Shown: one piece after another, positions 18,009 to 27,582 of the stretch
How the letters are laid out: every line of letters begins with the position of its first letter
Position numbering within the stretch: position 1 is the first letter of the stretch
Source: Giardia intestinalis
Lineage: Eukaryota
Assembly (NCBI GenBank): GCA_000002435.2
Contig: CM018790.1
DNA length: 64,000 nucleotides
Strand: one strand, 5' to 3'
The notes under the pieces: generated by a model
The model's database searches: none
Told to the model about the DNA's origin: nothing
The model's input: only the letters and a program-made list of their open reading frames with translations
Translations under genes and position numbers: made by a program

Positions 18009-20570
18009 ATGCACAGGCATGAACAGGATCCCATCAAGGCAGCCATTATTCAGGCAAAGAACACGGGGTCTCTTGTTCTTGATGACTACGTTCTTATTAC
18101 TCTGCCAGCAACGGTCTACAACGCCGAGATGCTTGCTGAAGACTCGTCATCGTGGTACACCAGTACAAATATCCGTAAGCTCTCTTGTCGAACCTGTGGC
18201 CTTAAGAGTCTATCAAACGATCTTTCCTTGTTGGAAAATTTGGAGATCATTGATTTGACGGGCAATAAACTCACCTCTTTTCCCCAGGACGCCGAGCTTC
18301 CGGTGCTTAAGATACTCAACATTTCCAAAAACCTATTGACAGACCTATGTTCCTCTTGCTTTGCGACCGTTACTGAGCTACATGCTACTGAAAATCGTAT
18401 TGAAACCCTTTGCTTCGATGCAATTTCGCCCTCTGGAGTCCTAATTAAGCTTTCTTTAGCCAAGAATAGGATAAGATCTATCATAGCACCATCTATTTAT
18501 CAATACAATCTTCTCCACTTGGATCTAGCGGACAATGCGTTGGATGAGTTTGATTGTGCACCATTTCCAAGCCTTGAGACACTGATATTGCATCACAATC
18601 GGATTCGCGACATTAGAAATCTGTCATCCCTCACGAAGCTCCGAGTCCTTGACTTAAGTTATAACAGGATCCAGAATGATCCGCATGGTTTTGAGCTGTT
18701 TTCCATAAGCGGGGACAAGGAGATATTACATGATTTACAGGCTAAACGTGTGTTCACAAATCTGCGAGAAATCAATCTATCTAATAACACATTGCAATCC
18801 ATTCCCTCCTTTATTTTCTCCTGTCCAGAGCTTAGTAGTGCTGATTTATCAAACAATAATATCCAGCGTGGTGAAGGTATGATTATTTGGGAGTTCCGCG
18901 AGTCTAGCCAATTGGAATCCTTAGACCTCACTGCGAATGACATGCAAGAGCTCCCGATTGAGCTGGGTATCTTGAAAAGGTTGAACAAGTTGCGCTTCGA
19001 CGGCAATCCTATGCGGAGAATGCGGCAAATAGCCGGAGATAGTTCGTGTGCAAAGGTACTCGAGTATCTTCGCAGCAAGATCCCCCATGATCATCCGTAC
19101 TATCAATGTGATAAGACCTCTTTAAGTAAGCAACAGCGCGACAAGGTAGCGGGCCAGCTTAAGGCCATGGCAGAAAATCAGATAGAAACGGAGTATACGG
19201 TTCTTCCTAATTCCTCGGTTGTTGTTAGGAATGCCGCAGCCAGCCTCTCCGGGTGCAAGCTGGAGTTTATAGATATTCATGATATAGACGACATACCCCT
19301 ATCGGTCCTTCAGACACCAAACCCTTCTCTTAAAAGCCTGTCTTCTATTGTCTTTCGGAACTGTACCTGCTTGACCCAGAACATTTTGCAAGCCATTTTG
19401 AATAATCTTAACTTTGATGTTGCGCCTAGCCTACGTAGCTTAGAAGTGAGCGGAGTACGAAAGCCCCCTATTAGGGATTTGGTTATCTATCGTTCTAGTG
19501 TGACACACTTAATCATAAAGCAGCTTCCGTCACTGGTCCGAGTGGAACTAGCCGATAATCCATTCTTAACAGGCGTGGTTATCGAGGAGTCAGGACTTGA
19601 GGACTTATTGTTATCGAGTGTAGCCTCTCTTAAGTCCTTATCTCTAAAGTCAAATAGACTGATGGCCATCCCTGAATCGATTTTCACTCCAGTCTTGAAT
19701 ATAGAAGAGCTTTACTTAAATGGCAACTCCATTTCTGCTATTCCTATTGATCTGATTAACATGAAGGCTCTTCAAACACTTGATCTTTCTTGCAATTTAT
19801 TCAAGAAGCTTCCCAATGAAATGGGCTTGCTATCTCCTTCAGAGGAACATGAGCAAAGCTGGACTAGACAGTATGCAGGCAGTTTAACGAAGATTGGCCT
19901 TACAGGAGTATACATCACGCATCCCCCACCTAGTATTGTCAAGCGTGGTGCCTTGGTAATGATGGGGTACATGCGCGAGTGCCTAGATAAAGAAGAATTC
20001 GAGCAGGTCCTCTCTGTGCGCAGAAAGCTTGATCACGCATTTTATGAAAATGTAAGGCCAGCCAGATCAGGATCCCACACACATAGGCCTCGTTTAGATG
20101 GAAACTATACTGACTCAAGACATTTACTCTCCTCTAACGACGCGCCCACTGCAACTTACCAGGGGGAAGTTTACAATCCTTATCACGCTACAGATGAGAT
20201 GCTTGCAGAGTATGAGCGGTCACGTAGTCGCGGGAGCAGCAGAGGGGCGGAACGAGATAAAGGTCGCATACTGCAGTCTGGTGGTCAGGCTAGCGGCACC
20301 ATCTATGAGCCCGATCCACCTAGTCCACCTAGGCGAGGTAGAATCACGCAGAGTAGCATTAGATTTGGAGATGAAGCTCCAACCAATAAGCCCTTAGATT
20401 ATGGCCGTGTCAGAAGTCAACAACAGCTACAGCCACCTTCCCAGCCTACACCTGCACAGCCACCAAGAGAGGATTATGAAAGGCCCACACTGCCTTCGCG
20501 CGGGCATGTAAGCACACAAAAGGGAGACCCCCCAAGAAGGCACTATCTTGATAGTCAACGCTTATGGTAA
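18009..20570 (+). CDS. Leucine-rich repeat protein with an S/R/P-rich C-terminal region.
   Basis: Many LxxLxLxxN LRR units are seen, for example LEIIDLTGNKLTSFP, LKILNISKNLLTDL, LDLSYNRIQ and LDLSCNLFKKLPNEMG. The ORF has an ATG start. Confidence 0.5.
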   Translation: MHRHEQDPIKAAIIQAKNTGSLVLDDYVLITLPATVYNAEMLAEDSSSWYTSTNIRKLSCRTCGLKSLSNDLSLLENLEIIDLTGNKLTSFPQDAELPVLKILNISKNLLTDLCSSCFATVTELHATENRIETLCFDAISPSGVLIKLSLAKNRIRSIIAPSIYQYNLLHLDLADNALDEFDCAPFPSLETLILHHNRIRDIRNLSSLTKLRVLDLSYNRIQNDPHGFELFSISGDKEILHDLQAKRVFTNLREINLSNNTLQSIPSFIFSCPELSSADLSNNNIQRGEGMIIWEFRESSQLESLDLTANDMQELPIELGILKRLNKLRFDGNPMRRMRQIAGDSSCAKVLEYLRSKIPHDHPYYQCDKTSLSKQQRDKVAGQLKAMAENQIETEYTVLPNSSVVVRNAAASLSGCKLEFIDIHDIDDIPLSVLQTPNPSLKSLSSIVFRNCTCLTQNILQAILNNLNFDVAPSLRSLEVSGVRKPPIRDLVIYRSSVTHLIIKQLPSLVRVELADNPFLTGVVIEESGLEDLLLSSVASLKSLSLKSNRLMAIPESIFTPVLNIEELYLNGNSISAIPIDLINMKALQTLDLSCNLFKKLPNEMGLLSPSEEHEQSWTRQYAGSLTKIGLTGVYITHPPPSIVKRGALVMMGYMRECLDKEEFEQVLSVRRKLDHAFYENVRPARSGSHTHRPRLDGNYTDSRHLLSSNDAPTATYQGEVYNPYHATDEMLAEYERSRSRGSSRGAERDKGRILQSGGQASGTIYEPDPPSPPRRGRITQSSIRFGDEAPTNKPLDYGRVRSQQQLQPPSQPTPAQPPREDYERPTLPSRGHVSTQKGDPPRRHYLDSQRLW

Positions 20571-20587
20571 GTAGTACATCACAACAC

Positions 20588-23413
20588 TCACAAACTGAGC
20601 GTATCAGTATTGGTTACTGTGAGGAATATCTCCTCCATGGTCGTCTGCCTAATAGACCAGGTTAGTATCCACGCTTCAGAGCTTATCTTAGTAAGCATGT
20701 CTTCCAGACCCTTCCCTAAGCTTCCCTTGGGAACTGCAAGCGTTAGTGCCCCGCCCGCTCGGGACACAAGGACGGCAGTTGGGCAATAGACGTTTATGAT
20801 TTCATCACGGACTCGAAGGACATCTGTAGCATGGACCTCAATGTCCAAACGGTATCCTATTCCGTATCTTTTTTTAAGCTTGCGCGGCGCGTTATTGCAA
20901 CGCAGACAACCATCTGAAATGATCCCAACCTTATTGGACAGAGCTTCGCATTCCTCCATGCTGTGAGTTGTGAGCACGATAGATCTCTCATACTTTGCCA
21001 TCTGTATTGCATCCCACATCTTGCGCTTAGATATGGGATCAAGTCCGGTGCTGGCTTCATCCATGAAAATAACATGAGAATTCCCTATCAGGGATAAGGC
21101 AACAGTGAGGCGTCTCTTCATGCCACCAGACAGGCTTCTAACCTGGAAATCGACAGACTCCTGCAATCCCACGGTTTGGAGACGAAACATGACTAGATCG
21201 GCAATGGAAGGATCAGCTGGTCGGCGCGGTTTGCACTGTACCTTTGTAGTGCATAAGCCCTTCTTCTTAGGAGAATCATTGAGATACACTGTGCTAGCAC
21301 TGGCAGCATACAGCACGCCTTCCTCCTCAGCAAGCTTCATCCTTCTCTCTAGGTCCTCCAGGTCCTCAGCATAATTAACTCCACGCATATTGCAAAAGAA
21401 CTTTATGTGCTCTGCAGGAGTCAGGTCCGGCCACAGAATGTCAAACTGAGGCGCATACCCAATGAGCTGGGACACCTTCTGGCGCTGGTGCACAATGCTG
21501 TACCCCTCTATGGTGACGTATCCGGAGGTTGGCTTGAGGGTTCCCGTCAGGACCGAGAGAGTCGTCGACTTGCCAGCGCCGTTCGGACCCAGGAGCCCAT
21601 ATATTGTGTTGCGTGGAATGCTGAGACTCAGGTTTTTCACTGCATGCTTCAAGGGTCTTCCACACGCTGTAGCGCAGGAGTTATCGCGCTTGTAGCATCC
21701 ACCGTACATAACGTTCAAGTCGTAGATAATTACAGGAGCATTTGATATCTTCATATATTGTGATGACCCGAGAGGAGAAAGAACTGCACTCTGCTCTGCA
21801 ATGACATCTTCGTCCCACTCAGGCCTCACAGGGGGCATTTTGTAGTTAGGCCTGTGCGAATCCGGAGGAGCTGGTGTTGCAAGACAACCCCAGAACTCTA
21901 AAGTAAACGGCGCCCAAGGCTTCAGTCGAGATCCGTGAGCGCTGGGTAGTAACAGATCAACATAGGCTGCCAAGACCCAGTAGCACAGGCAGAGCACTGG
22001 CGTGATTAGCATGTGAAAGAGCACTGTATGTCCACTGTCATATGCCGCAGCTTGCTGACCACATACAGATCTATCGCAAAGACCAGTAAAGCTTACAAGG
22101 TCAGCAACGGTAAATTTAGCTGGCGCATTGAGAAGCTGGTTATACGGGAAAGTATAGGCTCGGAGACTCATAAGCATTATAGATTGAACGGAGTGAAGAA
22201 AGGGAATAAGGAAAAAAATACTAAAAGCCCCATTTTCTGGGAATATTATCTGTGGGGAAGATTGGGTCAATCCTAAAAATGTTACAACCAGAATAATTAT
22301 AAACACAAGAAATGCAACAGATTGGGCCTTAAAGATAAATGAAGATAGGAAGATAGAGACAGAGAGAATGGAGAAGTGGTACATCGTGAGAGTATACCAG
22401 TTCACCAAGAAGGGGGTATTTAGCCAATACTCTGAAAATGATAACATCCCAACAATTGAAGTAAGAAGCCCTATGCATATGCAGATTGTGAAACCAACAA
22501 CAGCGTGGCTTAGGTAATAAGTAGAATCTAGCATCCCTATTGTATGCAGAGATTGGCGAAGCTTAGCCTCTTTCTCTGATACAATTTGATAGCAAAAATA
22601 GTACAGAAGAAACAGGCTCGAAATACTCAAAATCATACCGCCCCTATCGAGTATAGGGTTGGTGAAGTTCGTGGAGGAGTACCACTCGAAGTCTGGGAAC
22701 CGTTTATAGGTGATGGTGTTGTTTATTCGGACACGATTGGACTGCACCAGGTTGTAGGCTTTCGATAACGGATTCGTGGATAGAGCTGAGTCATCGGCAA
22801 TCTCCTTGAGCTTTGAGGAAAACGTGGTATTAAGTATATATCGCATAATGGCCAGCTGGGCAAGACGCTCTGCACGGAATGGGTCATAGTAAAGATCAAC
22901 ATTTGGATCTGGGTCCCCGAATGTGTAATACCTGTTAACACGCCAATAGTATTGAATGGACAAGTTGTTATAGACTGGCGAAAGAACTTCGAAGCTGAAT
23001 GCTGCAGCAAGAGACTCAGGGTTAGCCACGGAGTAGGCAGCGATTTCATCCTCGCTATCAAATCCTAGAAGAACATCATTGGAGAGAGGAGGCTCATGAG
23101 ACATCAAGAGGTATTCCATAAGAGATGCTACATTTCTGCTATTCTTTGGGTAGTATCCAATCTTCTTTCCAACCATTGAAAAGCCATAGAGAGGAATAGT
23201 TGGGTATTTTTCTGTTAAGAGAGGCTTTTTAACGGACGCACTCGAGAGAAAAAGGATAAGGAGGGCCGGGTAGAGGAGAATAAAAACCAAGATGGCAGGA
23301 TGACGCACAAGAACAAGGAAGTTCTTCACTAGCAAAACGCGCATCTGCCTGCCAAAGACAGTGCAATGTCTCTCCACCGATCTCGGGCGATTGGACGCCA
23401 CAGTGAAGGACAT
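20588..23413 (-). CDS. ABC transporter, ABCA-like half transporter with an N-terminal TMD and a C-terminal NBD.
   Basis: Motifs in the translation: Walker A GLLGPNGAGKSTTLSVLTG, signature LSGGMKRRLTVALSL, and Walker B HVIFMDEASTGLD. The N-terminal half has multiple hydrophobic helices. The ORF has an ATG start and AT-rich upstream sequence. Confidence 0.75.
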   Translation of the reverse strand: MSFTVASNRPRSVERHCTVFGRQMRVLLVKNFLVLVRHPAILVFILLYPALLILFLSSASVKKPLLTEKYPTIPLYGFSMVGKKIGYYPKNSRNVASLMEYLLMSHEPPLSNDVLLGFDSEDEIAAYSVANPESLAAAFSFEVLSPVYNNLSIQYYWRVNRYYTFGDPDPNVDLYYDPFRAERLAQLAIMRYILNTTFSSKLKEIADDSALSTNPLSKAYNLVQSNRVRINNTITYKRFPDFEWYSSTNFTNPILDRGGMILSISSLFLLYYFCYQIVSEKEAKLRQSLHTIGMLDSTYYLSHAVVGFTICICIGLLTSIVGMLSFSEYWLNTPFLVNWYTLTMYHFSILSVSIFLSSFIFKAQSVAFLVFIIILVVTFLGLTQSSPQIIFPENGAFSIFFLIPFLHSVQSIMLMSLRAYTFPYNQLLNAPAKFTVADLVSFTGLCDRSVCGQQAAAYDSGHTVLFHMLITPVLCLCYWVLAAYVDLLLPSAHGSRLKPWAPFTLEFWGCLATPAPPDSHRPNYKMPPVRPEWDEDVIAEQSAVLSPLGSSQYMKISNAPVIIYDLNVMYGGCYKRDNSCATACGRPLKHAVKNLSLSIPRNTIYGLLGPNGAGKSTTLSVLTGTLKPTSGYVTIEGYSIVHQRQKVSQLIGYAPQFDILWPDLTPAEHIKFFCNMRGVNYAEDLEDLERRMKLAEEEGVLYAASASTVYLNDSPKKKGLCTTKVQCKPRRPADPSIADLVMFRLQTVGLQESVDFQVRSLSGGMKRRLTVALSLIGNSHVIFMDEASTGLDPISKRKMWDAIQMAKYERSIVLTTHSMEECEALSNKVGIISDGCLRCNNAPRKLKKRYGIGYRLDIEVHATDVLRVRDEIINVYCPTAVLVSRAGGALTLAVPKGSLGKGLEDMLTKISSEAWILTWSIRQTTMEEIFLTVTNTDTLSL

Positions 23414-23477
23414 GAGTTTTTAATATGATTGTCGGAGAATATGCAGAATAAATTTACTGAGGTATCACCAGACTATA

Positions 23478-25922
23478 TCAAATGGTCTCAGTGTTAGACA
23501 GTGATGTAGTTATATGTTGTCTTGCACCTTCTTTATAGCGAACAATCAGAATAACTACAATCCAAAGAATAATTAGAGAAAGCATAATAATAAAGAGCGC
23601 CAAGCTTGATGAAGCTGCCGGCGATATGATACTTTTGCGTGGCTCTTGAATACACGTCGACACAGTATCTTCCGTAGGAGTCAAGATGTACCCTTTGCTG
23701 CACGCTGTACATTGAATGCTGTCGTGTGAAGCAGTGCTTTTCAGAACTGCACAGCCTGTACATCCTTGCGGGCAGGTGGTCATGAAGCTTGTAAGGGTAT
23801 TAAAGTAATATCCACGCTGTGGCTTAGAACATGTCCTTGGGCCTTCACAAATCAAACAGTGAGGCATGCATTGCATAACTCTGGAGGTCAATGCGTCCAA
23901 GTAGTATCCCTTTGCTGCCTGTAAGCAATCTGTATCCTTTTCTCCCTTACAGGAGTCACAATTGTTTGTACATTTTATGCAGGCACCAGATCCCGTGAAA
24001 CTGGAATATCCACGCATACACTTTTCGCAGACAGTTGTGTTACTGCAAAGAATACAGTTATCTATGCACGGGCTACAGATTCCAGCCAGTTTATCTGCCA
24101 TGAAGCTACCGGGAAGACATTCGGTGCACCTATTCTCGGCATCGCAAGTCTTACAGTTATCTGGGCAGCGGTAGCACTTAAGGTCCTCCATTCTGTATCC
24201 CGGAACGCAAACACCGCAGGTCTCAGGTGTTGAACACTTTAGACAATTAACTGGACACGGAGAACAGCTTCCTTCAGCAGTACGATAGTTATAGTCCTTG
24301 CATTCGTGGCAAAAGTCTCTCTTAAAGCATCGCTTACAGTTTGCTGGGCACGGTATACATATACCATCAATAAGAATACTCCCATCAGCACATTGAAGAC
24401 ATATACCCTCTGAGGTGCAACTAGCACAATTTGCCACAAAACTAGAACAGAGCACGCATGTGACAGAGTCAGCAGCCTGCAAAGTGATAGCACTCTCCAT
24501 ACAGGCAGTGCATTGACCAGTATTCGTGCAAGTTTGGCAACCTGTGATTGCCGTGCACGGTGGGCACTTACCTTCCTTGAGATAATGTCCTTCACTACAA
24601 ACGTTGCATATACCAGGATTGCTAGCAAAGCACTGAACGCAATTGGAAACGTAACAATCTGGGTACTTCACGCATACATTGCTGGAAAGATAGTAGTCAT
24701 CAGCACACGCTTCGCAGATGGCACGCCCGGTCCTTGAGCAGCGAATGCAACCCATCAGCAACGTGCCAGAGCATGTCGCGTGCTCACATATTGTACCAGA
24801 ATGTCCATCGAGGCATGTTTGGCAAGAGTATTGGCTTGAGCAGGTTCGACAATTGATGGGACAGACAAGGCAGGAACCGCCGTCAAGATAGTACCCTTCC
24901 TTGCATGCTGCACACATTCCGGAGTTGGTTGTAGAGCAGGACGTACAGTAGTCTTGTGGGGTACCGTCACACATGAGAGTCATGCACTCGTACCCAACGT
25001 AATTTGTCGGGCATGGAACGCATCCAGCACCATCAAGCCTATAGTCATCTTGGCACTCCATGCAGTAGTTGCTGAGGGCTGTGTTGCTACACTTTGCGCA
25101 GTAATCGCGAGATACCCCATAACACTTGATGCTTCTGCAATTAATCCCCGTTCGTCCGTTGGGACAAGGGATGCATTTATTGTCTTCACGCAGATAGTAG
25201 TCATTTTTGCAGATCGTGCAAGTGAGGGTGTCCTTATTGCATTCCGTACAATAAGGTAGAATTGCCTTGTTCCCGTTTGATTCGCACACAAGATCAGCAC
25301 AATTAATCCCTGTATATGGCGCAGCACACGGGACGCAATGTCTATTAAAAGCACCGCCCCAGTAATATCCAGGAAAGCACTCAGCACAGTATTCGCTAGT
25401 GAGTCCGCCACACTTGTTGCAATACTGATAGGAATACAGGCTGTTACAATAAAGGACCGTGCAATTCTCGCCGCTGAAAGACCCTGTACAAGGCTTGCAC
25501 CCGGTAGTGGTCAGGTAGAAGTTTGTGTTGCAGCTTGCGCATTCGCTTTTGCCATCGACACATGCTTTGCAGTTGCGGAAAACCTTGTTGTTGCATAACC
25601 GGTCCATACAGTTCATGCCTATTGAGTCGTCTGGACATGGTGCACAGCTTCCTCCAGAAAGTTGATAGTTGGCTTGGCATTCCGTACAAGAGTTGCCACT
25701 GCACGTCTTGCAATACCTTACAGAAGTCGTCCCACAAGTTAGATACTCACAGTTCTCCCCGGTCCGACCGCCCATGCATGGGGTACAAGCCCCTCTAAAA
25801 TCTGGAGCAAATCCGTCGCTGCAACGGATGCACTGCTCCGTACTTGCCGGGCACTGTAAGCAGTGCGCATCGGTGCACTGTGCAGTGAGGCTGGTCAAAA
25901 GGTGTAAAGTCAAGAGCACCAT
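23478..25922 (-). CDS. High-cysteine membrane protein (HCMP; VSP-like, lacking the CRGKA tail).
   Basis: An N-terminal signal peptide MVLLTLHLLTSLTAQC is followed by about 750 aa dominated by CxxC/CxC repeats. The C-terminus has a single TM (LALFIIMLSLIILWIVVILIV) and a 20-aa tail RYKEGARQHITTSLSNTETI. The ATG start follows tagcttaataaattcATG. Confidence 0.8.
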   Translation of the reverse strand: MVLLTLHLLTSLTAQCTDAHCLQCPASTEQCIRCSDGFAPDFRGACTPCMGGRTGENCEYLTCGTTSVRYCKTCSGNSCTECQANYQLSGGSCAPCPDDSIGMNCMDRLCNNKVFRNCKACVDGKSECASCNTNFYLTTTGCKPCTGSFSGENCTVLYCNSLYSYQYCNKCGGLTSEYCAECFPGYYWGGAFNRHCVPCAAPYTGINCADLVCESNGNKAILPYCTECNKDTLTCTICKNDYYLREDNKCIPCPNGRTGINCRSIKCYGVSRDYCAKCSNTALSNYCMECQDDYRLDGAGCVPCPTNYVGYECMTLMCDGTPQDYCTSCSTTNSGMCAACKEGYYLDGGSCLVCPINCRTCSSQYSCQTCLDGHSGTICEHATCSGTLLMGCIRCSRTGRAICEACADDYYLSSNVCVKYPDCYVSNCVQCFASNPGICNVCSEGHYLKEGKCPPCTAITGCQTCTNTGQCTACMESAITLQAADSVTCVLCSSFVANCASCTSEGICLQCADGSILIDGICIPCPANCKRCFKRDFCHECKDYNYRTAEGSCSPCPVNCLKCSTPETCGVCVPGYRMEDLKCYRCPDNCKTCDAENRCTECLPGSFMADKLAGICSPCIDNCILCSNTTVCEKCMRGYSSFTGSGACIKCTNNCDSCKGEKDTDCLQAAKGYYLDALTSRVMQCMPHCLICEGPRTCSKPQRGYYFNTLTSFMTTCPQGCTGCAVLKSTASHDSIQCTACSKGYILTPTEDTVSTCIQEPRKSIISPAASSSLALFIIMLSLIILWIVVILIVRYKEGARQHITTSLSNTETI

Positions 25923-25945
25923 GAATTTATTAAGCTACCCTAAAC

Positions 25946-26266
25946 TCATCGCTTAAACACATTCCAGTTTAGTGACGAGAAAATGACGCAGAGGGGTCCA
26001 ATGACCACGAGAGAGGAGGGCATATCAAGAGGACGATGGTTGTGATAGATGACCATCAACAAAAGCGTAATCCAGCTGGCCTTTTCGGCGCCTGTAGTGA
26101 TGCACGTAACTCCCAAAAAAACTGCCAGAATCAAACTCAGCTGCGCCACCGTTTCAACGTCTACCTTCATATACTTCACCTGATCGATACTAGACATCAG
26201 CACCGCAACCCTATTTTCGGCTTCTCGTTGCCTCGCCCTCCGCGTCCGGTCTTGGTTTGAGCTCAT
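25946..26266 (-). CDS. Small hypothetical membrane protein (~107 aa) with two hydrophobic segments.
   Basis: The track ORF is 149 aa. The internal ATG (MSSNQDRTRRARQ...) follows a more plausible AT-rich context. Hydrophobic stretches are LSLILAVFLGVTCI and WITLLLMVIY. No homology was recognised. Confidence 0.25.
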   Translation of the reverse strand: MSSNQDRTRRARQREAENRVAVLMSSIDQVKYMKVDVETVAQLSLILAVFLGVTCITTGAEKASWITLLLMVIYHNHRPLDMPSSLVVIGPLCVIFSSLNWNVFKR

Positions 26267-26448
26267 GTCCTCTTGTAAATCTTTAGCAAAGTGCGTTTTT
26301 ATTGTGCAATTTCTAATGAAACAATGTATGAAAATATGAAAGTCGTGTAATAGAATGCTAAAGTATAAACATTCTATAAACCCATTGAATAACAAAGACC
26401 TGCGCTAAGAAATTAATATGCATTTCTTCTGTTGCGCACCGAATGGAC

Positions 26449-27513
26449 TTAACTGGGTAGAGCCAGATCTTCGAGCCTGAGGTCACCTTGGTCAATTGCC
26501 TTCACTGTCAACATGTCTGCACTGTCTGCCGGTAAGTTCTGGGCAACAGGATGCATCGGGCTAAGACAGAAAGATGGCTTTCGCTGCTTACTACCCAACT
26601 GGGGTAGTCTAACGGATGAAGTGCTCGGTAGCGTCTTCTGTGGAGAGCTCCATCTGGCCTGCTTCCGCGTGACATGCATGGTCGGAGACAGCGCACTATT
26701 ATTTGCAATCTTGTCGGATAGAGGAGCCGGTAGAGCACATCCTTCGATGTTGTCAGCGTCAGACAGAGAGTGCTTGCTTCGCCAACTATGGTAGTGTATA
26801 TCCGGCGCCAGATGGTTCATCACATAAATGTAGTCATTGGAGTGCTGGCCAACGGGAGTGTGAAGCAGAGAGCCATTTGTTTCGCTGCTCTGCCTCATTC
26901 TTGCACGCTGAAGAGATGTGTGATGATAGGTACGTAAGGAGCACAGCTTTGGAGAATAGCACGGGCTCTGCAATGATACAGATGAATCTTCATGCGAATA
27001 TAATGACTTGTTAAGAGTGGCTACGTGCCGCCACCGCGTAGGACTAGGGCCAGCCGCTGGGGAGCGAAAGGAGCACTCTGACATCGGCTCTGGCTGAGAC
27101 TCAGAAATAGGGTGCCTTTCGGGGGCAGAAACAGCCTCTCCCGGCGAGGATGCACGACTACGTAATAAACAACCTTCGTACTTTCTTGCTGTCTGTATGC
27201 GTTCCTGTCGGTATCGTTCTGCAATGTTAGAGAGAGACGATCTGGTTTTGCGGTTGGATAATTGCAAATTTAGCTTTTGTCGCTTCTCCTCCAGGTCCCG
27301 CGCTCGTTGCAGTTTCGTCAAACTTTCCATAGTGTTATATTGCTTGAGGACACATTTCTCTTGTGGGGTTAACAAGTCGGTTTGATACTGTCCAAAACTC
27401 TCTGCATCAGCTACAGGAGTCTGGGGATCTATATATGTGAGGGGAAACCCCGCCTCGTAGGAAGTTAACCCTGTACGGTCTATATTTCCAAAGCAAAGTG
27501 AGCTGACTGTCAT
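26449..27513 (-). CDS. Hypothetical S/P-rich protein.
   Basis: 354-aa ORF with an ATG start after an AT-rich context (gttaaaataaATG). The sequence is low-complexity and S/P/R-rich. No motif was recognised. Confidence 0.35.
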   Translation of the reverse strand: MTVSSLCFGNIDRTGLTSYEAGFPLTYIDPQTPVADAESFGQYQTDLLTPQEKCVLKQYNTMESLTKLQRARDLEEKRQKLNLQLSNRKTRSSLSNIAERYRQERIQTARKYEGCLLRSRASSPGEAVSAPERHPISESQPEPMSECSFRSPAAGPSPTRWRHVATLNKSLYSHEDSSVSLQSPCYSPKLCSLRTYHHTSLQRARMRQSSETNGSLLHTPVGQHSNDYIYVMNHLAPDIHYHSWRSKHSLSDADNIEGCALPAPLSDKIANNSALSPTMHVTRKQARWSSPQKTLPSTSSVRLPQLGSKQRKPSFCLSPMHPVAQNLPADSADMLTVKAIDQGDLRLEDLALPS

Positions 27514-27582
27514 TTATTTTAACATCAGGAAAGAGGTCACGAAGCCCGCCAAAAGAAGCCAGAATGATCTAGAGCTTTACTA

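Noticed and set aside
23533-25798. Multiple 70-150-aa ORFs on both strands within the HCMP gene.
   Set aside because: They are nested in alternative frames or antisense to a long Cys-rich coding sequence with clear signal-peptide and TM features. Codon-biased Cys-rich DNA produces spurious open frames.
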